Positions 61,501-64,000 of a stretch of DNA of 64,000 nucleotides are shown piece by piece. Every line of letters starts with the position of its first letter. The stretch's first letter is position 1. The stretch is from positions 2,666,001 through 2,730,000 of the forward strand of contig CM022671.1 in the NCBI GenBank assembly GCA_012295275.1, written 5' to 3'. This DNA comes from Chrysomallon squamiferum. Taxonomy: Eukaryota > Animalia > Mollusca. The notes under the pieces are model-generated. The model was not told the DNA's origin. It did not search any database and was given only the letters and a program-made list of their open reading frames with translations. The translations under genes were made by a program, and so were the position numbers.

Positions 61501-63942
61501 GTTAAACTCAAAAATAAAATTTTCTCAACATAAAACAAAATAAAGAAAAAAAATAATAACCTCCCTGGAGTGACTGTTTTTGATGGGAGTCATTGACTTG
61601 ATGTATCCCACAGTCTCACTGAAAACAACTCGATAATACACTGGAAAACTTGACCTGTTACATTCAGAGTAAATCATTATATTTTAATGCTTTGTAACGT
61701 AACTATATCCAAGTTAAAATTATCTGTTATCACAAGTAACTGAACACTTTTTCACACTGACTTATTACTAGATTTTTTATCACCTTAGATATACTTTCCA
61801 CAAGATATAAAAAACCCCAGTATATAACAGATTTGTTTTAAAAAAGAAGAAAAATGCAAACACAAAAATTTCAATTTACCAAGTAAACAAAAATATAAAT
61901 AAAATATTGGGACTGAAAGATAAAATAGATAGCTGAATAAGGTTTAAGTTAGCAACAAAAAACAGAATAAAAATAATAACGTAATTTTATCAAAACCGAC
62001 CTGGTAAGAGAAGGAAAGGAATCTGAAAATCCATTTTTGTCTGCCTCAATTAGCTCAGGAATTGCTTTTGTTGTGATCACTTCTGCTGCCTCCAGAGTGT
62101 CATCTGAATATGTTAGATACATCCTATCAAAAAGAAATTTCAGCATTCAAAAAATCAAAACAAACCAGCCTGTAGACAGTTAATACCGCATAATAAGTAT
62201 AACAGATATGTAATGGAATTTCACCTTTATTTAATGTCTCCCCCATAAAAATTTAAAAAATAAAATAAAATAAAATAAAAATGTCAAGTTTAATAAAAAT
62301 GTTACCATTATTCTAAATGACATATATGCAACCACACAGGCTATGTAGATGAGAGTGATATTAAAATGAAGATTATGCCAGAAGCAATATGAATGCTCCC
62401 ATAACTTAATGGCCAAAAATATAATTTAAAACCCATTTCAACGTGCAGGATTTTACATATTGACAACACAGTCCCAATTTTCAAATTTAGAAAGAAAAAA
62501 CCAACTATTGCCTGAGAATATAAATGAATTTAAAATTATACTTGCTTGATAATCATCTGTAAGTTATCATTGTGTTTAGCACCTTTCTCCTTTTCTCCAT
62601 TTGCACCAATCCACTCTCGTTTTAAAAAACTTTCAGCAAGATTTCCTGCAAATTGTCAAATAAAGAAATATAAATGAACTGAAACTGAAATAAAAGTTAA
62701 ATATTTCTGTCAGTTACTACAGAATATTATCTACATGTTTTTTTTATAACAAATAATTTATTTTTAAATCTGATTTTCTAAACGAGCCAAGATTACTGGT
62801 GAGTACTGAAACCTACCCAGTTTGTTAGATAGTTTGTGAACATCCACCTTAGCAGCAAGAGTTCCAAGAAGTTTGATAAGAGTAACAGCCGTGGAGATGT
62901 TGGGAACTGCAGCAGCAAAGTTCTCCACATACTTGAATGCCACACTGCAACAAACACACAAAGATGATTTACTTCTTTTTCACTCTTTCTTAAGATGCAG
63001 AAGATTAAAATAGAAACATGTATACTTAAGTTAACCTTCACTAAACCAACATGTTTTCAGGTTTGAATTTACATAACTCCTGTGACTGATGTGTGAATAC
63101 ACAATTGTAATATACTGTTCAAATGTTATTTTAAAGAGTGTTTAATGCATCTATTCTCAATTAAAAGAGTATCTACAGTAACAAATCAATAAACACTTAT
63201 TAAACATTAATCAGTCTTCTTATACATGTTTTAAAACTGTACCAAATTTAACAAAATAACAAATGAAACAAAAATTGTTTTAATAAAATTTATAATATAA
63301 AATGTAAAAGATTTTAACAATTTTAACAATAATTTAAGTTTTACCTAACAAGTTCCTGAAATGAAATTTGTGTTGAGTCTAAGGTTTTAATTCTGCAAAC
63401 AAGAACCTGTAGAGCTTTCTTCAACAGAGGCTGGTTTTCTGACTCCAAGAATCCATTCCTTCAACAGCACAAAAATCTTAGCATAATATCACTCTCACAC
63501 AAACAAATAACACACAATATTCTTTAAGTAATGATATACCTGCCAATCACTAATATTTATTTAATGTCACAATAAACAAAAACAATAATTATTAATTTAT
63601 GTGTTATTTAAAATTTGGAATGTACGATGATTAATGTTAGGGATCACTCCAGTTGATGTAATAAAAATTCATAATCTAAAAATGTTTATGTTAACACCCT
63701 TTCTGGTTATGAAACTAAACAGTCTGGAAAGATATAAATGTTTCATTTTGTGTTTATTAATGTAACAATACAACAGTTAATAAACAAAACTTTTTTCTTC
63801 ATGTGGAAATGTTTCGGGCTTACCATGAAAACACAGACACCATTGAGTGTAGAAGTAGTTGAAAGCATGAAGTCATCAGAACAGCATCATCATCATCATA
63901 ACCAGGGCCATCAATGAGTCCGTCATTTTCACTAATCATAGT
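58559..63942 (-). CDS. FANCD2: Fanconi anemia group D2 protein, last 12 exons; 5' part lies beyond the right edge
   Basis: Exons 63824-63942, 63345-63458, 62817-62944, 62546-62645 (GC donor), 62001-62123, 61561-61654, 61090-61161, 60504-60542, 60129-60278, 59662-59808, 59127-59222, 58559-58636. Motifs: [72 protein letters not shown], acidic tail. Confidence 0.95.
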
Positions 63943-64000
63943 CTGTACAAAAACGATTTTAAAATAATTCTAATAACCTTAAATGTTAGACAAAAGTAAA

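Overview
AT-rich, intron-rich animal genomic DNA, probably a gastropod mollusc (inferred, not proven). Most ORF-track entries are intron read-through or microsatellite artefacts, so genes were rebuilt exon by exon with splice phases checked by hand. Left to right: the 5' 23 exons of MYBBP1A (-); a tandem array of three intron-containing single-domain rhodanese genes (+); a candidate small secreted-peptide gene (-); a complete 21-exon PHF8/KDM7-family demethylase (+); and the last 12 exons of FANCD2 (-). A LINE relic, two MITE-like elements, a SINE relic and microsatellites are also present. Most interesting is the rhodanese trio: it shares a promoter motif, only copy 1 has a predicted mitochondrial presequence on two tiny exons (with ACG where copy 2 has its ATG), the active-site loops differ, and copies 1 and 3 share a GC-AG intron. 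Also notable are a possible 70-aa signal + cationic helix + acidic tail precursor, an in-frame 18-nt microexon with YCAY clusters in PHF8, and an 18-unit octapeptide repeat in PHF8. All homology statements are from recall; no searches were run.
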